DNA from: a virus
Direction: 5' to 3' (one strand)
IMG/VR virus record: IMGVR_UViG_3300012931_000019
Location: 1 to 64,000 of that record
Length of the DNA: 64,000 bases
Shown: piece by piece, positions 49,670 to 60,452 of the stretch
Layout: every line of letters starts with the position of its first letter
Numbering within the stretch: the first letter of the stretch is position 1
Translations under genes and position numbers: made by a program
The notes under the pieces: model-generated
Databases searched by the model: none
Told to the model about the DNA's origin: nothing
Seen by the model: only the letters and a program-made list of their open reading frames with translations

Positions 49670-50218
49670 ATGTCAAATCATGCGATTTTAGTTCAAGATT
49701 CTGTACAGGCGATGAACATTGATGCTTATAATAGAAAAGCAAAAGGTTCTGCCGATATCGATAACGGTAATGTATTTTATTTAGCCGCAAAAACAGGTAC
49801 TGCTGGTGAAGGTGAAGTTTGGAGTGCAACACAGCCAGCTACTGGAAGTGGATTGTTATTTTCTTTACATTATATTGGTACATCTTATGTGTCTATTGCT
49901 GATGGTTCAGTAGGAACACAAAGAGCTACGGCATATCAATTTGAAGTGGTAAATAATGATACTGGTATGTGGATGGCTTATAGTCCTGAAATTGTTACTG
50001 TTGTAACTGCATCTGGTAAAATATATAAGGGAATTGATCCCGATCCCAGAGATTTCACGAATGTTTCTGGTGAGGTATTTGACGCTTTTAAGCCGCAGGT
50101 TGGTGATCTTATTACAATGACCGCTGATGGTATTACTGGTAGTAAAACAACTGGAGATTATGCTGTTGCAACTAATGGTCAATATGCTCTTGCGTGGGCT
50201 TCTGCCGCTAATAGCTAA
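49670..50218 (+). CDS. putative capsid decoration protein
   Basis: DIDNGNV motif; directly upstream of capsid gene. Confidence 0.6.
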   Translation: MSNHAILVQDSVQAMNIDAYNRKAKGSADIDNGNVFYLAAKTGTAGEGEVWSATQPATGSGLLFSLHYIGTSYVSIADGSVGTQRATAYQFEVVNNDTGMWMAYSPEIVTVVTASGKIYKGIDPDPRDFTNVSGEVFDAFKPQVGDLITMTADGITGSKTTGDYAVATNGQYALAWASAANS

Positions 50219-50274
50219 AATTAATTAACTAAAATTATAAATATTGTAAAAATTATTAAGGAGGAAATAAATTC

Positions 50275-51393
50275 ATGATTACAAGAATTCCGAACAATGT
50301 AGTAGCCTTTGCGGGTGAAAAAATTGACATATATAAGCAGTTTAAAGACTACTTTAATCACTATCATGATAAGAATGGTAGCAGAAAGGGATTGTATAGC
50401 GAAACTAATAGTGAAGGTAAAATCGTTTCCCTTTCTGATAAAGAAGAGAGAATCAATAAGGCTGTAATGGAAGAGATAGCTAGAATGGCTAATTTACCTA
50501 CAGTTGAAGGTATCGCCCCAGAAGTATTGGCTACTCATCCGTCTTATGCATGGGCTACTTTTGCAGTAATTGGTGCGATGGTTGATACAATTCTGCCTGA
50601 TGCATTGATTGACTCTATTGGACTTTATACTGATGTTAGAGTTGCTGGATATGGTAATTCTCTTTCATTTGATATTAAACCAAGAGACTTATTTGTAGTT
50701 TCTAAGGGTTCTAAGAATAAGAGATATGGAGAAGTACATAAGCAGTTTAATGGTCAGGTTACGCTTGCTCCAGAATTTCATGATATTACGGTTCAGGTTT
50801 CACTTTATAATGTTCTTGCAGGAAAAGAAAATCTGGCTGAATTCGCAATGAAAGCGGCGAAATCTCTTGAAGCACAGATGACTATTGATGCATTCACTGC
50901 ATTCAATACTGCTATGGGTGCACTTGACAATGCTGGTGATGATGCTCTTAGATTTTCTGGATATTCTCAATCTACTCTTGTTGAACTTGCTCAGAAAGTA
51001 ACGGCTTGGAATGGTGGTAATAAGGCGGTTATCGTAGGAACGCAATTGGCGGCTCAGAATGTATTACCTGAAGATGCAAACTACAGATATGAAATTGATA
51101 GCGAATTTGTAAAGATTGGTTATATTAAGACTGCGTTTAATTACGATGTTATGGTTTTACCGCAGGTTGCTGATTATAGAACACCGTTTAAGCTTGCGCT
51201 GGATGATACTAAACTTTATGTATTATCTCCATCTGCTAATAAAATTATTAAGATGGGTCTTGGTGGAGCAACTATTTCTATTACTAATGGTGTGTATGAC
51301 AATGCCAATCTTTCTCAGAACACTACAATGAAGAAAGAATGGGCAACTGCTGTAGCCACAAACGCTGTCGCGGGTGTAATTGAACTTTCGTAA
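50275..51393 (+). CDS. major capsid protein
   Basis: 372 aa, strong SD, position after scaffold/decoration, followed by strong terminator. Confidence 0.75.
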   Translation: MITRIPNNVVAFAGEKIDIYKQFKDYFNHYHDKNGSRKGLYSETNSEGKIVSLSDKEERINKAVMEEIARMANLPTVEGIAPEVLATHPSYAWATFAVIGAMVDTILPDALIDSIGLYTDVRVAGYGNSLSFDIKPRDLFVVSKGSKNKRYGEVHKQFNGQVTLAPEFHDITVQVSLYNVLAGKENLAEFAMKAAKSLEAQMTIDAFTAFNTAMGALDNAGDDALRFSGYSQSTLVELAQKVTAWNGGNKAVIVGTQLAAQNVLPEDANYRYEIDSEFVKIGYIKTAFNYDVMVLPQVADYRTPFKLALDDTKLYVLSPSANKIIKMGLGGATISITNGVYDNANLSQNTTMKKEWATAVATNAVAGVIELS

Positions 51394-51401
51394 TAAAAAT
51401 A

Positions 51402-51430
51402 TAAAGAGAAGGGTAATCCCCTTCTCTTTA
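51402..51430 (+). terminator. terminator after capsid gene
   Basis: 12-bp perfect stem TAAAGAGAAGGG/CCCTTCTCTTTA. Confidence 0.8.
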
Positions 51431-51474
51431 TTATAAAATTTAGAAAATAAAGAATAAAAGGAGAATAAATAAAA

Positions 51475-52164
51475 ATGGCCGGAAGACCTAAAGGTAGTGG
51501 TGCTACATCAAAGAGTGCAACACCAAAAAATAATGAATCTGATATAAAAAAAGAAAATGAACAATTAAAAAAAGAATTAGATGAAATTAAAAAGATGTTA
51601 GCAGGACTTACTCAAAATAAATCTGAAAAAGTAGAGGTTAAGAGTGAAGCTAATTACATAATTGAAGATAATGAAGTTGAAATTAAACAGAATAAATATA
51701 TTAAAGTAATGTCTCTTACTTTTGGTAAGTTGGTTTTATCAACTGAAGGTAAAGGCAGAGGGAAAATATTTGTTTTTAACAAGTTTGGAGAAGTTAAGAA
51801 TATTATTTATTCCGATTTGGCGAATTTAATTCATCATCAACAGACATTTGCCGAAGCAGGAAAGTTTTATATTTTTGATAAAAATGTAGTGAGAAATCAC
51901 GGGTTAGATGAATACTATGCAAAATTTTTAACCAAAGAAATTATAGAAAATATACTCAATTATAATAGAGATGAAATTATAAATCTTTTCAATCATACTA
52001 CCACATCTCAACAAGAAACAATAGTTAATATTTTAATTAAGAAAATTGTTGAAGGTGAAGATGTTGATATAGCAAAAGTAGACATAATTTCAAGACTTTC
52101 AGACACAAATATTTATGATATTGCAAGGGATAAAATTCAAGAAAAAGAATTATTAAAAGAATAG
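51475..52164 (+). CDS. hypothetical virion-module protein
   Basis: follows capsid gene; SD AAGGAG. Confidence 0.7.
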   Translation: MAGRPKGSGATSKSATPKNNESDIKKENEQLKKELDEIKKMLAGLTQNKSEKVEVKSEANYIIEDNEVEIKQNKYIKVMSLTFGKLVLSTEGKGRGKIFVFNKFGEVKNIIYSDLANLIHHQQTFAEAGKFYIFDKNVVRNHGLDEYYAKFLTKEIIENILNYNRDEIINLFNHTTTSQQETIVNILIKKIVEGEDVDIAKVDIISRLSDTNIYDIARDKIQEKELLKE

Positions 52165-52176
52165 TGAGGTGAAAAT

Positions 52177-52635
52177 ATGACAACCTCATTCGATGAGATA
52201 TATGATTTAGCATTAGTAAGTTTTAGAGATTATAAGCTTGATCAACTTTATGATATTTCAGAAAGTGATTTTAAGAATGTGCTTCAAGGATATCTTTTTA
52301 AGGCAATTCCTAAATTTACTAATTGTAAAAAAGATTTGGAAGATATAAATACAACAACTAAACAATTTAATTCAATATTAACTTTGACTGAACAGGTTAT
52401 TTTATCTGATTGTACTGTAATTGAATGGATGACACCTAAAATATTAGATATTACACAAATGGAATTGCATTTGAATGATACCGATTACAAACATTATTCT
52501 GAACAACAGAATTTAAAAGGTAAACAAGATGCCCAAAATGTTTTAAGAGAGAAAATAAATCAAGATATGGTAAATTATGGATTAAAGAATATTCCTTGGT
52601 CGGAGTGGGCAGGAGGGAATTTCTTTGGAACATAA
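52177..52635 (+). CDS. putative head-tail connector/adaptor
   Basis: MTTSFDEIY...AIPKF; position. Confidence 0.6.
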   Translation: MTTSFDEIYDLALVSFRDYKLDQLYDISESDFKNVLQGYLFKAIPKFTNCKKDLEDINTTTKQFNSILTLTEQVILSDCTVIEWMTPKILDITQMELHLNDTDYKHYSEQQNLKGKQDAQNVLREKINQDMVNYGLKNIPWSEWAGGNFFGT

Positions 52636-52960
52636 AGAATTACTTATTAAATATTATAAAAGACTAATAAATAACATCTATAAATGTTTGCCGATTTTTG
52701 AAGGGGTAAAATATAAGACTAAAGAAATTATATATCTTCCTGAAGAAGCTTATAAAAACTATCAAATTCATTTGGGTAATTTATTAGTTGAAATATATGG
52801 TAATTGTCAACTTTTCTTTTGTTCAGATAACTCTATTAAGCTCACCAGTATAATGAAAGGCATGATTACAGAAACAGAACATACAAGTATAAAGCGTTTG
52901 ACGATGGAATGTATTAATCTTTGTAAGAAAATTATAAAAGAGATTGAAGAGAAGGAGTGA
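52625..52960 (+). CDS. hypothetical neck-module protein
   Basis: TTG start with SD GGAGGG. Confidence 0.6.
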   Translation: MEHKELLIKYYKRLINNIYKCLPIFEGVKYKTKEIIYLPEEAYKNYQIHLGNLLVEIYGNCQLFFCSDNSIKLTSIMKGMITETEHTSIKRLTMECINLCKKIIKEIEEKE

Positions 52961-54225
52961 ATACTATGTCTTTACCAATTTATGAATCGTGGAAAAAAGT
53001 AGCAGTAACTCCTTCTGAATATTGGAAAGAAAGTTTACAAGCATTAAGTAATAATACTTTTGAAAATGCCAGTGATGTTTTTACTGTACAAGAAGAACAA
53101 ACCTTTGGTGCATTAGATTGGTCATCTGATTTAACTGTTAGAATTACTCATGTATTTTCAGATAGACAAACCGGAGAAAAATTAGGTGATGATTTTAGAA
53201 ATTTAATATTTCCTGATTTAACACGCACATGTGTTTTAGGGCAAAGGTATTCATTTGATAGTAATTATTGGATTACAACTAATACAGATAAATATAAGTA
53301 TCCTACAATTTCAGCAGTTATCCGCAGATGTAACAATGTATTAAAAAATTATGATTCCGATGGTGTATTACATACTGAGCCTTGCATTATTGACTATACG
53401 GTTAGAAGTGTTGATTTTGATTTTAATCAAAATATTATTATTCCTGATGGACATACGACAATAATCATTCAAGGGAATGATTGGACTAAGACTTTTAAAT
53501 TAAATCAAAGATTTATGTTTGGTGGTCAGGCATGGAAATGTACTTACTTGAACAATTATCAGAGAACAAGCACTCTTGATGAAGATAGTGTAAATATTAT
53601 TCGTATGGTTTTAATGAAAGATTCAATAGATACAGCTAACGATAATGTAACAGAAAATATTCCAAATGAAAATCAGTACGTATATACAATTTCTATTGAT
53701 CAAACTGATTTTGAAGGAAATGTTGATGATACTGGTACAATTACGGCAAGTATTTTTCTGAATGGGGAATTGGTGGACAAAGATATTACATTTACCAGTT
53801 CTGATACTGATATTGCAACGATTAATTCTACCAGCGGAGCTTATACTTTGATTGCCGAGGGTGATGTGACATTTACCGCTACTATGACTGATAATAGTTT
53901 AATTAGTGATTCCGTAAATGTTACAGTAACCGCAAGTGTAGTAGATACATATCAGGTTATTATTAGTCCAAGTGTGAATGAAATATATTTTGACGAATCC
54001 CAGAGTTATTCATGTTATTTATATAAAAATAATGAACAACAGAGTGGCAGTGTAAGTGTAAGTGCTTCTGGAATTTCAACTACTTATTATACACTGACGA
54101 TTGTAGACGGAAATCATTTTACAATAACCAATCTAAAGGCTTATAGTGCTGGAAAGTTAACCTTGACCTGTACGTTGAGTAGCTATTCAAGTACTTTAGA
54201 AATCAGCTTAAAAGGTGCATTTTAA
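52957..54225 (+). CDS. putative head-closure/neck protein with Ig-like domains
   Basis: C-term ITFTSSDTDIATI...G Big_2-like motif. Confidence 0.65.
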   Translation: MNTMSLPIYESWKKVAVTPSEYWKESLQALSNNTFENASDVFTVQEEQTFGALDWSSDLTVRITHVFSDRQTGEKLGDDFRNLIFPDLTRTCVLGQRYSFDSNYWITTNTDKYKYPTISAVIRRCNNVLKNYDSDGVLHTEPCIIDYTVRSVDFDFNQNIIIPDGHTTIIIQGNDWTKTFKLNQRFMFGGQAWKCTYLNNYQRTSTLDEDSVNIIRMVLMKDSIDTANDNVTENIPNENQYVYTISIDQTDFEGNVDDTGTITASIFLNGELVDKDITFTSSDTDIATINSTSGAYTLIAEGDVTFTATMTDNSLISDSVNVTVTASVVDTYQVIISPSVNEIYFDESQSYSCYLYKNNEQQSGSVSVSASGISTTYYTLTIVDGNHFTITNLKAYSAGKLTLTCTLSSYSSTLEISLKGAF

Positions 54226-54253
54226 TGGAATTTTATAAAGGAGGTAATGTAGT

Positions 54254-54757
54254 TTGGGATATTTTAAAGAGTTAAATCAAAATATAAATGTTATTCTTAA
54301 ATTGATTTTTAAAAATCAAGATTTATTAAAATATTTAAAATATGGAGATGAACTTCCTCTTAGCAATCCAGACATAATATCTCCTAGAAGTTTAATAAAT
54401 GAAAATATATTTTTAACACCAAAAACCCCAGATGCCATAACAGAACAATGCTCTATTCTTAATATATATTTTATTTCTAGCAAACCTTATAGAAAGAACA
54501 GTGGTTTTCGAGAATTGTATTTATGTTTTGATATTATGTGTCATTTGGATATTTGGATGTTAGATGATAGTAAAATAAGACCTTATTGCATTTGTGAAGA
54601 AATTGATACCATGTTTAACAACCAACAAATTTCCGAGTTATCACTTAACAGGGTTTATTTTGAGAATGATGTGATAGTAAAATACTCTGATTATTTTTAT
54701 GGTTATAGATTAACTTATAAATTATCAAGTGATTCAAATGTGGGGTGTCGAGAGTGA
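54254..54757 (+). CDS. putative tail completion/terminator protein
   Basis: position before major tail; RPYCICEEIDTMFN. Confidence 0.55.
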   Translation: MGYFKELNQNINVILKLIFKNQDLLKYLKYGDELPLSNPDIISPRSLINENIFLTPKTPDAITEQCSILNIYFISSKPYRKNSGFRELYLCFDIMCHLDIWMLDDSKIRPYCICEEIDTMFNNQQISELSLNRVYFENDVIVKYSDYFYGYRLTYKLSSDSNVGCRE

Positions 54758-55473
54758 TAGATGAATTAATGCTGTTAAAGGGACATGATTATAAATTAAA
54801 AAATAAGGTCACTATTAAACATCCTACTTTGCAGGAGATATATGATTTTGGTGAAGAAGAGTATTATAAAATTGTTCATATTTTTACCTGTCAACCCTAC
54901 GAATATATGGTTTATTTGGATGATGTGGGAATTGATTATGAAACTATTGATGCTTACGATTTATTTATTATGCTCTATAATTCTGGGATGTACTTAAATG
55001 GATTGAAATGGTTAATGGATATTGATGATTTTATTTTGAGTCAGTATGTTAAAAATGGAATGGTTTGTCTCTTTTCTAAAAAAAAAGATTTTGTTTTGGA
55101 TAAATTTATCTATTATCAAATTTCTGAATATTTACAAAAAATTAATTTTGTTAATATCAAGAGTCAATATAATCCAGCTAACAGTATTACTAAAAAGAAA
55201 ATTATTGAACAAGAACGGAAAAAGCTGAAAAGACAAAAAAATAAAGAATTTAAATCAATATTAAAAAGTAAAATTTCAGCATTGGTATGGGGGAATACAT
55301 CCGGTATTTCTTTGAAAAATGTTTGGGATTTATATATATATCAAATGTATGATGGTTTATATAGATTAAATAAAATAAAAAATTATAACAATGTAATGAA
55401 CGGCTATTATTTCGGTACGGTTGATATTAAAAAAGTCAATATGGATGAAATAAATTGGCTGTCAGAAATTTAA
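54745..55473 (+). CDS. hypothetical tail-module protein
   Basis: IKHPTLQEI motif; position. Confidence 0.6.
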   Translation: MSRVIDELMLLKGHDYKLKNKVTIKHPTLQEIYDFGEEEYYKIVHIFTCQPYEYMVYLDDVGIDYETIDAYDLFIMLYNSGMYLNGLKWLMDIDDFILSQYVKNGMVCLFSKKKDFVLDKFIYYQISEYLQKINFVNIKSQYNPANSITKKKIIEQERKKLKRQKNKEFKSILKSKISALVWGNTSGISLKNVWDLYIYQMYDGLYRLNKIKNYNNVMNGYYFGTVDIKKVNMDEINWLSEI

Positions 55474-55493
55474 TAACATAAGGAGGAAGATAT

Positions 55494-56303
55494 ATGTCTA
55501 TTGATACTTCAAAATTTGCCCTGCAAGCTGTATTTGAAGTTAAGGTTTTTGACCTTGATACAGGTGTTTGTTTAGCATTGCTTGATGATTTAAAGGAAAC
55601 AACTTGGGAAAATAATGGTGAGGTTGTTTATGCACAGGGTGGCAGAGGTAATCCTAAAATTATAGGGTTTGGACATTCTAAAACGTCTACATTGAGTACC
55701 CAAAATGCAGTAATTATAGCTGGAGCATTAGCTATACAAACTGGTACAGATATGGAAACAGTAACTAGTTCTACAGCAGTTACTTTTACAGATATCTTAA
55801 CTGTGACCGATGATGCGGCTACTACTACTTTTACAGCTACGGGAACAACCGGAGCTGAAATTGGTTTCGCATATGTTCTCAATGATGATGGAACATTAGG
55901 CACGATGTATACCCAAGCGGCGACAGTGGCAACTGGTAAATTTACATATACCACTGGAACTAAGAAAATTACGTTTAATACTGATGAAGTTACAGACTCA
56001 ACAAAAATTATTGTATTTTATAAGCCTACACTTGCATCTGGATTACATATTGTAAATGAAACTGATGCATTTGCTAAGAATGTTAAAATTATTGCAGATG
56101 GTTTATTTAGAGATACTTGTAGTAGTGTAGATTATGCTGGACAGCTAATTTTTGATAAAGCAAAAACACAAGAAGGGTATACTTTTACTTTAACTGCAAG
56201 TGGCGATCCTGCTGTTCAAGATTTGAAGTTTGAAGCACTTAAATCTTGTACTGCTAATAAATTGTGGGATTTGTATATTTACAGCGAAGATGATTTGTCA
56301 TAA
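55494..56303 (+). CDS. major tail (tube) protein
   Basis: T/G/A-rich 269 aa, strong SD, followed by terminator. Confidence 0.65.
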   Translation: MSIDTSKFALQAVFEVKVFDLDTGVCLALLDDLKETTWENNGEVVYAQGGRGNPKIIGFGHSKTSTLSTQNAVIIAGALAIQTGTDMETVTSSTAVTFTDILTVTDDAATTTFTATGTTGAEIGFAYVLNDDGTLGTMYTQAATVATGKFTYTTGTKKITFNTDEVTDSTKIIVFYKPTLASGLHIVNETDAFAKNVKIIADGLFRDTCSSVDYAGQLIFDKAKTQEGYTFTLTASGDPAVQDLKFEALKSCTANKLWDLYIYSEDDLS

Positions 56304-56314
56304 AAATAAAAATA

Positions 56315-56337
56315 AATAGGGTTTAAAAGCCCTATTT
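56315..56337 (+). terminator. terminator after major tail gene
   Basis: AATAGGG/CCCTATT stem. Confidence 0.6.
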
Positions 56338-56380
56338 CATCCTATTTTTATTATAAAGATGGGATGGGAAAGGGCTTTTT

Positions 56381-56542
56381 ATGGGTATTAAATTATATTG
56401 TAAAATATGCGGCAAGGAATTAAAATCTTGTATGTCTTGTTATGAAAGTGGGTTGCTTTATTGGAAAAATATTGCTTGTTGCAAAGAACATTTTATTGAG
56501 TATATAAACAAGGAAAGTGAAAGGAGAAGATTAGAAAAATGA
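56381..56542 (+). CDS. small Cys-rich protein (not in ORF track)
   Basis: MGIKLYCKICGKELKSCMSC...IACCKEH. Confidence 0.6.
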   Translation: MGIKLYCKICGKELKSCMSCYESGLLYWKNIACCKEHFIEYINKESERRRLEK

Positions 56543-56838
56543 AAGACTTACATAGTTATGGTATGAAATATTCTATCAGAATGAAGTCCTTCGAAGGGGA
56601 TTCTATTCACGATATTAAGGATTTTTATATCAATGATGCGGAAGACAATAAATTTATTTCTGATTTAAATGATTTAGATTTTAATCTTTTAGATGCACAA
56701 TATTTTATTATAACTGGATTTGTTTTTAAAGATATAATTGAAAAATTATGTAAAGAACAATATGATCTTGGATATAAACAAGGACAGAAAGAAAAAATTA
56801 AAAAGGTTCAAGAAAATGAACCATCTAATAATGAGTAG
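56539..56838 (+). CDS. hypothetical protein
   Basis: ORF with SD, followed by hairpin 56833-56860. Confidence 0.65.
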   Translation: MKDLHSYGMKYSIRMKSFEGDSIHDIKDFYINDAEDNKFISDLNDLDFNLLDAQYFIITGFVFKDIIEKLCKEQYDLGYKQGQKEKIKKVQENEPSNNE

Positions 56839-57113
56839 GTAGTTTTTATACTACCTACTTAACTTATGTTGAAATTTCAACGCCAAATCTTTAAACTTTT
56901 TAATCTTAGATTTTTTATAATCTTAACACAATCTTTTAGCCACACGGCGAAATTTCAACAATAAACAAAATACAAAATAATATCAATTGGAAGTTTTAAC
57001 AGATTCTTAATAAAAATAAACGTTAGAATTTCAACATTTTCGAAAATGAATTTTAAGGGAAAATCCCTTTTAAATAAAAAGAAATAACGAAATAACGAAA
57101 AGAGGTAATTTTT

Positions 57114-57452
57114 ATGATGACAATGAGTGATCGTTGGGTCTTTCAAAATGAAGCTACAACGACAGCAGATGGAGAAGCATTATTTTCTGGTAGATGGGAT
57201 CAAGTAACTATATATATTACTGGAACTGCTACAAGTAGCACAGTAGTATTTGAAGGTTCTGACAAGGATGGAAATTGGTACAGTTTACCAGCTTTTAAAA
57301 TGCCAGATTATACTTTAGCATCACAAACTACAGAACTTGATGAAGCATGGGTAATAGATTTATCTAAATGGTATTCTGTTAGAGCGAGAATTGATTCAAT
57401 TTCAGGTGGTTACATAACTATTGTTGGAAAAGTGGTGAACTCTAATGGTTAA
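57114..57452 (+). CDS. hypothetical beta-rich virion-type protein
   Basis: VVFEGSDKDGNWY; coupled to the next gene. Confidence 0.65.
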   Translation: MMTMSDRWVFQNEATTTADGEALFSGRWDQVTIYITGTATSSTVVFEGSDKDGNWYSLPAFKMPDYTLASQTTELDEAWVIDLSKWYSVRARIDSISGGYITIVGKVVNSNG

Positions 57453-59832
57453 TCAAGATATTATAGGATTAGCAGTAAATGCTCTTAGAAATGCAAATGT
57501 CGATCCTTCCAATTATTTATATGTAGCTAAATCTGGAAGCGATTTAACGGGCGATGGGAGTGCAGGAAAACCATATTTAACAGTTCAAAATGCTATTGAT
57601 AATGCAAGTTCTGGTACAACACTGTTTATTTATCCCGGCACATATACAGAAAATTTAACTTTAAAAGCTGGTGTGAATTTAACTACTTCAGCTAAATATA
57701 ATACATATATTGTTGGTACAGTTACGGCAGATTTTACAGGTACAATTTTTGCGGAAAAAATTATATTTAAAAGTGCTACTGGTACAGTTCTTGATTTTAA
57801 AGGAACGGGAGTTCAAAATTTTCAATGTGCAATGTGTAATTTTGAATCTACTGGCACAAATGCAAATAGTGCAATTAATTGGACTAATAGTAATGCAAGT
57901 AGTAAAATATCGCTTAGTGATGGTGTTGTAACAGCTTATAGCTCTGCTTCAGGTGCAAGAGCATTTACAAGTTCTTCAATTGCCGCAGGAAGTTTAATTG
58001 CAAGCAATACTACATTCCAAGTATTAGATAATTTGGATAATATATGTATCAATCTTGCGGGTTCACTTGTATTTACACATACATTAGATGCTATTAATGG
58101 ACAGGTTGTTACAGCAAATACTGCAAGATTTTTAATTACGTTGGTTAGTTTAACTACAAATACAGTACCTGTATTAGTTCATAACTCAACAAATACTACT
58201 TCTAGTGTGGCATCGAGTGTTGTTGTAACAACTACGGCAAGTCCAGTTATAACAGGAATAGGAGCTTTTGCTCATGTTGCTATTATGTATGGAGGAACTG
58301 GTGCAGGTGGAAGTAGTACGATTAATGGAGGTTTAGGGCCAATTGGATTGCCAATGGGGAGTGTTAAATTAAGATCGTCATCATTGGTTCCCGCCAACCA
58401 AATATCACTTGGATATAATACCGGAGCTTTTGAATTTACGGGAAGTGATTTATATCATACTATAAATACTAATAGATATAAAATGTCTATTTATCCAGAA
58501 GTTTATGCTTCACATACTTTATATGTAGATAATTCTCGTACCGATACATATACTCCAGACGGTAGTGAGTCAAAACCGTATACTGATGTGCAAAGCGCAC
58601 ATAATGCAATAGGCGGGACTAATTATTTAACAGTAAATCAAAATAGTGTTGAAACTGATTTAACTGGATTTGCGGCTAAATTAAGTGCTACATTATCAAG
58701 AGATACGACGGAATATAGGTTTGGAAGCGCATCGTTAAAAATTGTTACTCCGGGAACTGTGTCTGGTGAAGGTGTTACTTTAACAGGAAGTACCGTAACA
58801 GCATCAGTTAGTTATACTGCGGAAGTTTGGGTAAAAGGTTCAGGAACAGTTACTTTGGCTCTACAGGAACAAACTTCAGGTGGAGTAGTTGTTGGTACTA
58901 CCACAAAAGCAATCACGCTCTCATCTGTATGGACACGATATGAAATAGCAAGAACATTTGGTACAACTGGTGTTTCGGCTGTAGTTTTATTATATACTTC
59001 TAGTACACAAGCTATTACTTTTTATGCGGATGGATTCAGAGTCGGATTAACTTCTCTTGTACCAAGTATTACTAATACTTATGGAATATCTGTAGCGTTG
59101 GGCATAAGGTATACTGGAACTTTAGACATTTGGAGAGATTATTTAACAATTTATGGTCAAGGAGCGACAAAGGGTGCAGGATTTAAAGGGACAATTAATA
59201 ATTGGTCGCCTCATCTAACAATATATGGTGTTCATTTAGTAGGAACTTCGAGTGCAACTAGAGATTGTTATTTTAATCAAACTATGAATGGTGATTATCT
59301 TCTTGAATTTAAAGAATGTAGATTGTCATATTGTACAATGAATGTTTCATCTACGGGTACTACGGCTCAGAAAAATAATTCATATATACAAATTACGGGT
59401 GATTCTAATCTTTGGCAAAATAATACAATCAATATAACGGGCATAAATGGTTTTGCAGGAATGACTGGTGGTGCGTATGTGTCTAATACTGTTACTGTAA
59501 CAGATAGTTATTTTTGTCCCGGCTGTTCTTGTGTGGATAGTTGCACAGTTAATCTTGAGAGTGGCTCAACAAGTGAATTTTTTAGTATGTATGCAGTACG
59601 AAATACTACAAATCTCAAAACAGGTGCGACGCTATATGCTGATATTACTGCGCTGGCAGATATGAGCAATACGTTTAATAATACAGGCGGTACATTGATT
59701 CGCGTATCAGACCCACAAGTAAGAACTACAGTGCTTACTGGACTATCCACATCGACGAGTGCGGCAATTACCGAAACAGATACAATACTGGAAGCATTAG
59801 GGAAATTGCAAGCACAGATTAATGCTCTATAA
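57445..59832 (+). CDS. fibre/spike-like protein with beta-helix and carbohydrate-binding-like domains
   Basis: two YV..(G)DGS..KPY..VQ.A motifs, CBM4-like block (YTAEVWVKG...WTRY), C-term TDTILEALGKLQAQI. Confidence 0.65.
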   Translation: MVNQDIIGLAVNALRNANVDPSNYLYVAKSGSDLTGDGSAGKPYLTVQNAIDNASSGTTLFIYPGTYTENLTLKAGVNLTTSAKYNTYIVGTVTADFTGTIFAEKIIFKSATGTVLDFKGTGVQNFQCAMCNFESTGTNANSAINWTNSNASSKISLSDGVVTAYSSASGARAFTSSSIAAGSLIASNTTFQVLDNLDNICINLAGSLVFTHTLDAINGQVVTANTARFLITLVSLTTNTVPVLVHNSTNTTSSVASSVVVTTTASPVITGIGAFAHVAIMYGGTGAGGSSTINGGLGPIGLPMGSVKLRSSSLVPANQISLGYNTGAFEFTGSDLYHTINTNRYKMSIYPEVYASHTLYVDNSRTDTYTPDGSESKPYTDVQSAHNAIGGTNYLTVNQNSVETDLTGFAAKLSATLSRDTTEYRFGSASLKIVTPGTVSGEGVTLTGSTVTASVSYTAEVWVKGSGTVTLALQEQTSGGVVVGTTTKAITLSSVWTRYEIARTFGTTGVSAVVLLYTSSTQAITFYADGFRVGLTSLVPSITNTYGISVALGIRYTGTLDIWRDYLTIYGQGATKGAGFKGTINNWSPHLTIYGVHLVGTSSATRDCYFNQTMNGDYLLEFKECRLSYCTMNVSSTGTTAQKNNSYIQITGDSNLWQNNTINITGINGFAGMTGGAYVSNTVTVTDSYFCPGCSCVDSCTVNLESGSTSEFFSMYAVRNTTNLKTGATLYADITALADMSNTFNNTGGTLIRVSDPQVRTTVLTGLSTSTSAAITETDTILEALGKLQAQINAL

Positions 59833-59988
59833 TATGGGGATAATATAATAGAATCAAATTCAGTTTTTAACGGAAGTTTAATAAGGGTGGAGTGAAATAT
59901 CTTCGTCCTTATTATATTAGATTGAAATCGCAATTTTATATGAATTGAGTTTATTAAATAAAATAATAAATAATTTTTAAATTTGTAC

Positions 59989-60016
59989 TTGACATTCTTT
60001 TCCAATGTGCTATAAT
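59989..60016 (+). promoter_or_regulatory. consensus sigmaA promoter of the Agr-like module
   Basis: TTGACA-16-TATAAT with extended TG and AT-rich UP element. Confidence 0.8.
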
Positions 60017-60043
60017 ACACATTAGAAAGGATGTTGAGAGAAG

Positions 60044-60448
60044 ATGAATAAGATAAGAAAATATGTGACGATACCCGCAGTTATTGGGTCGGTATTAGTA
60101 ATGATAGCTTTAATATATTATACAAGTAAATTTTATACAAATGCAGAATTATTATTCCATCAGAATCAATTTAGCTTTTTTATTGCTTTTGCGTTAATTG
60201 TATTGTTTTTAATTCTTCTTTTATTTTATTATATTTTTATTGTAGGTAAAAGATTTGAGAAAGCAATGAACGAGAGAGATGTAAAATTTGAGAAAATAAT
60301 TAATGAAAAAGATGCGAAAATTGAAAGTCTGCTTAACGAAATTATTCAGCAAAATGGAATTCATTCACAATGCACAGAAGAACATTTTGATCAAATAATT
60401 GAATCGAGTCAGATTATCAATGAATTAATTTTAGATACCAAGGGGTGA
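60044..60448 (+). CDS. two-TM membrane protein with cytoplasmic coiled coil
   Basis: two hydrophobic segments then charged helix. Confidence 0.7.
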   Translation: MNKIRKYVTIPAVIGSVLVMIALIYYTSKFYTNAELLFHQNQFSFFIAFALIVLFLILLLFYYIFIVGKRFEKAMNERDVKFEKIINEKDAKIESLLNEIIQQNGIHSQCTEEHFDQIIESSQIINELILDTKG

Positions 60449-60452
60449 TAAT

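Noticed and set aside
60044-60448. Holin or histidine-kinase call
   Set aside because: No adjacent endolysin and no H-box/ATPase motifs; left as membrane protein
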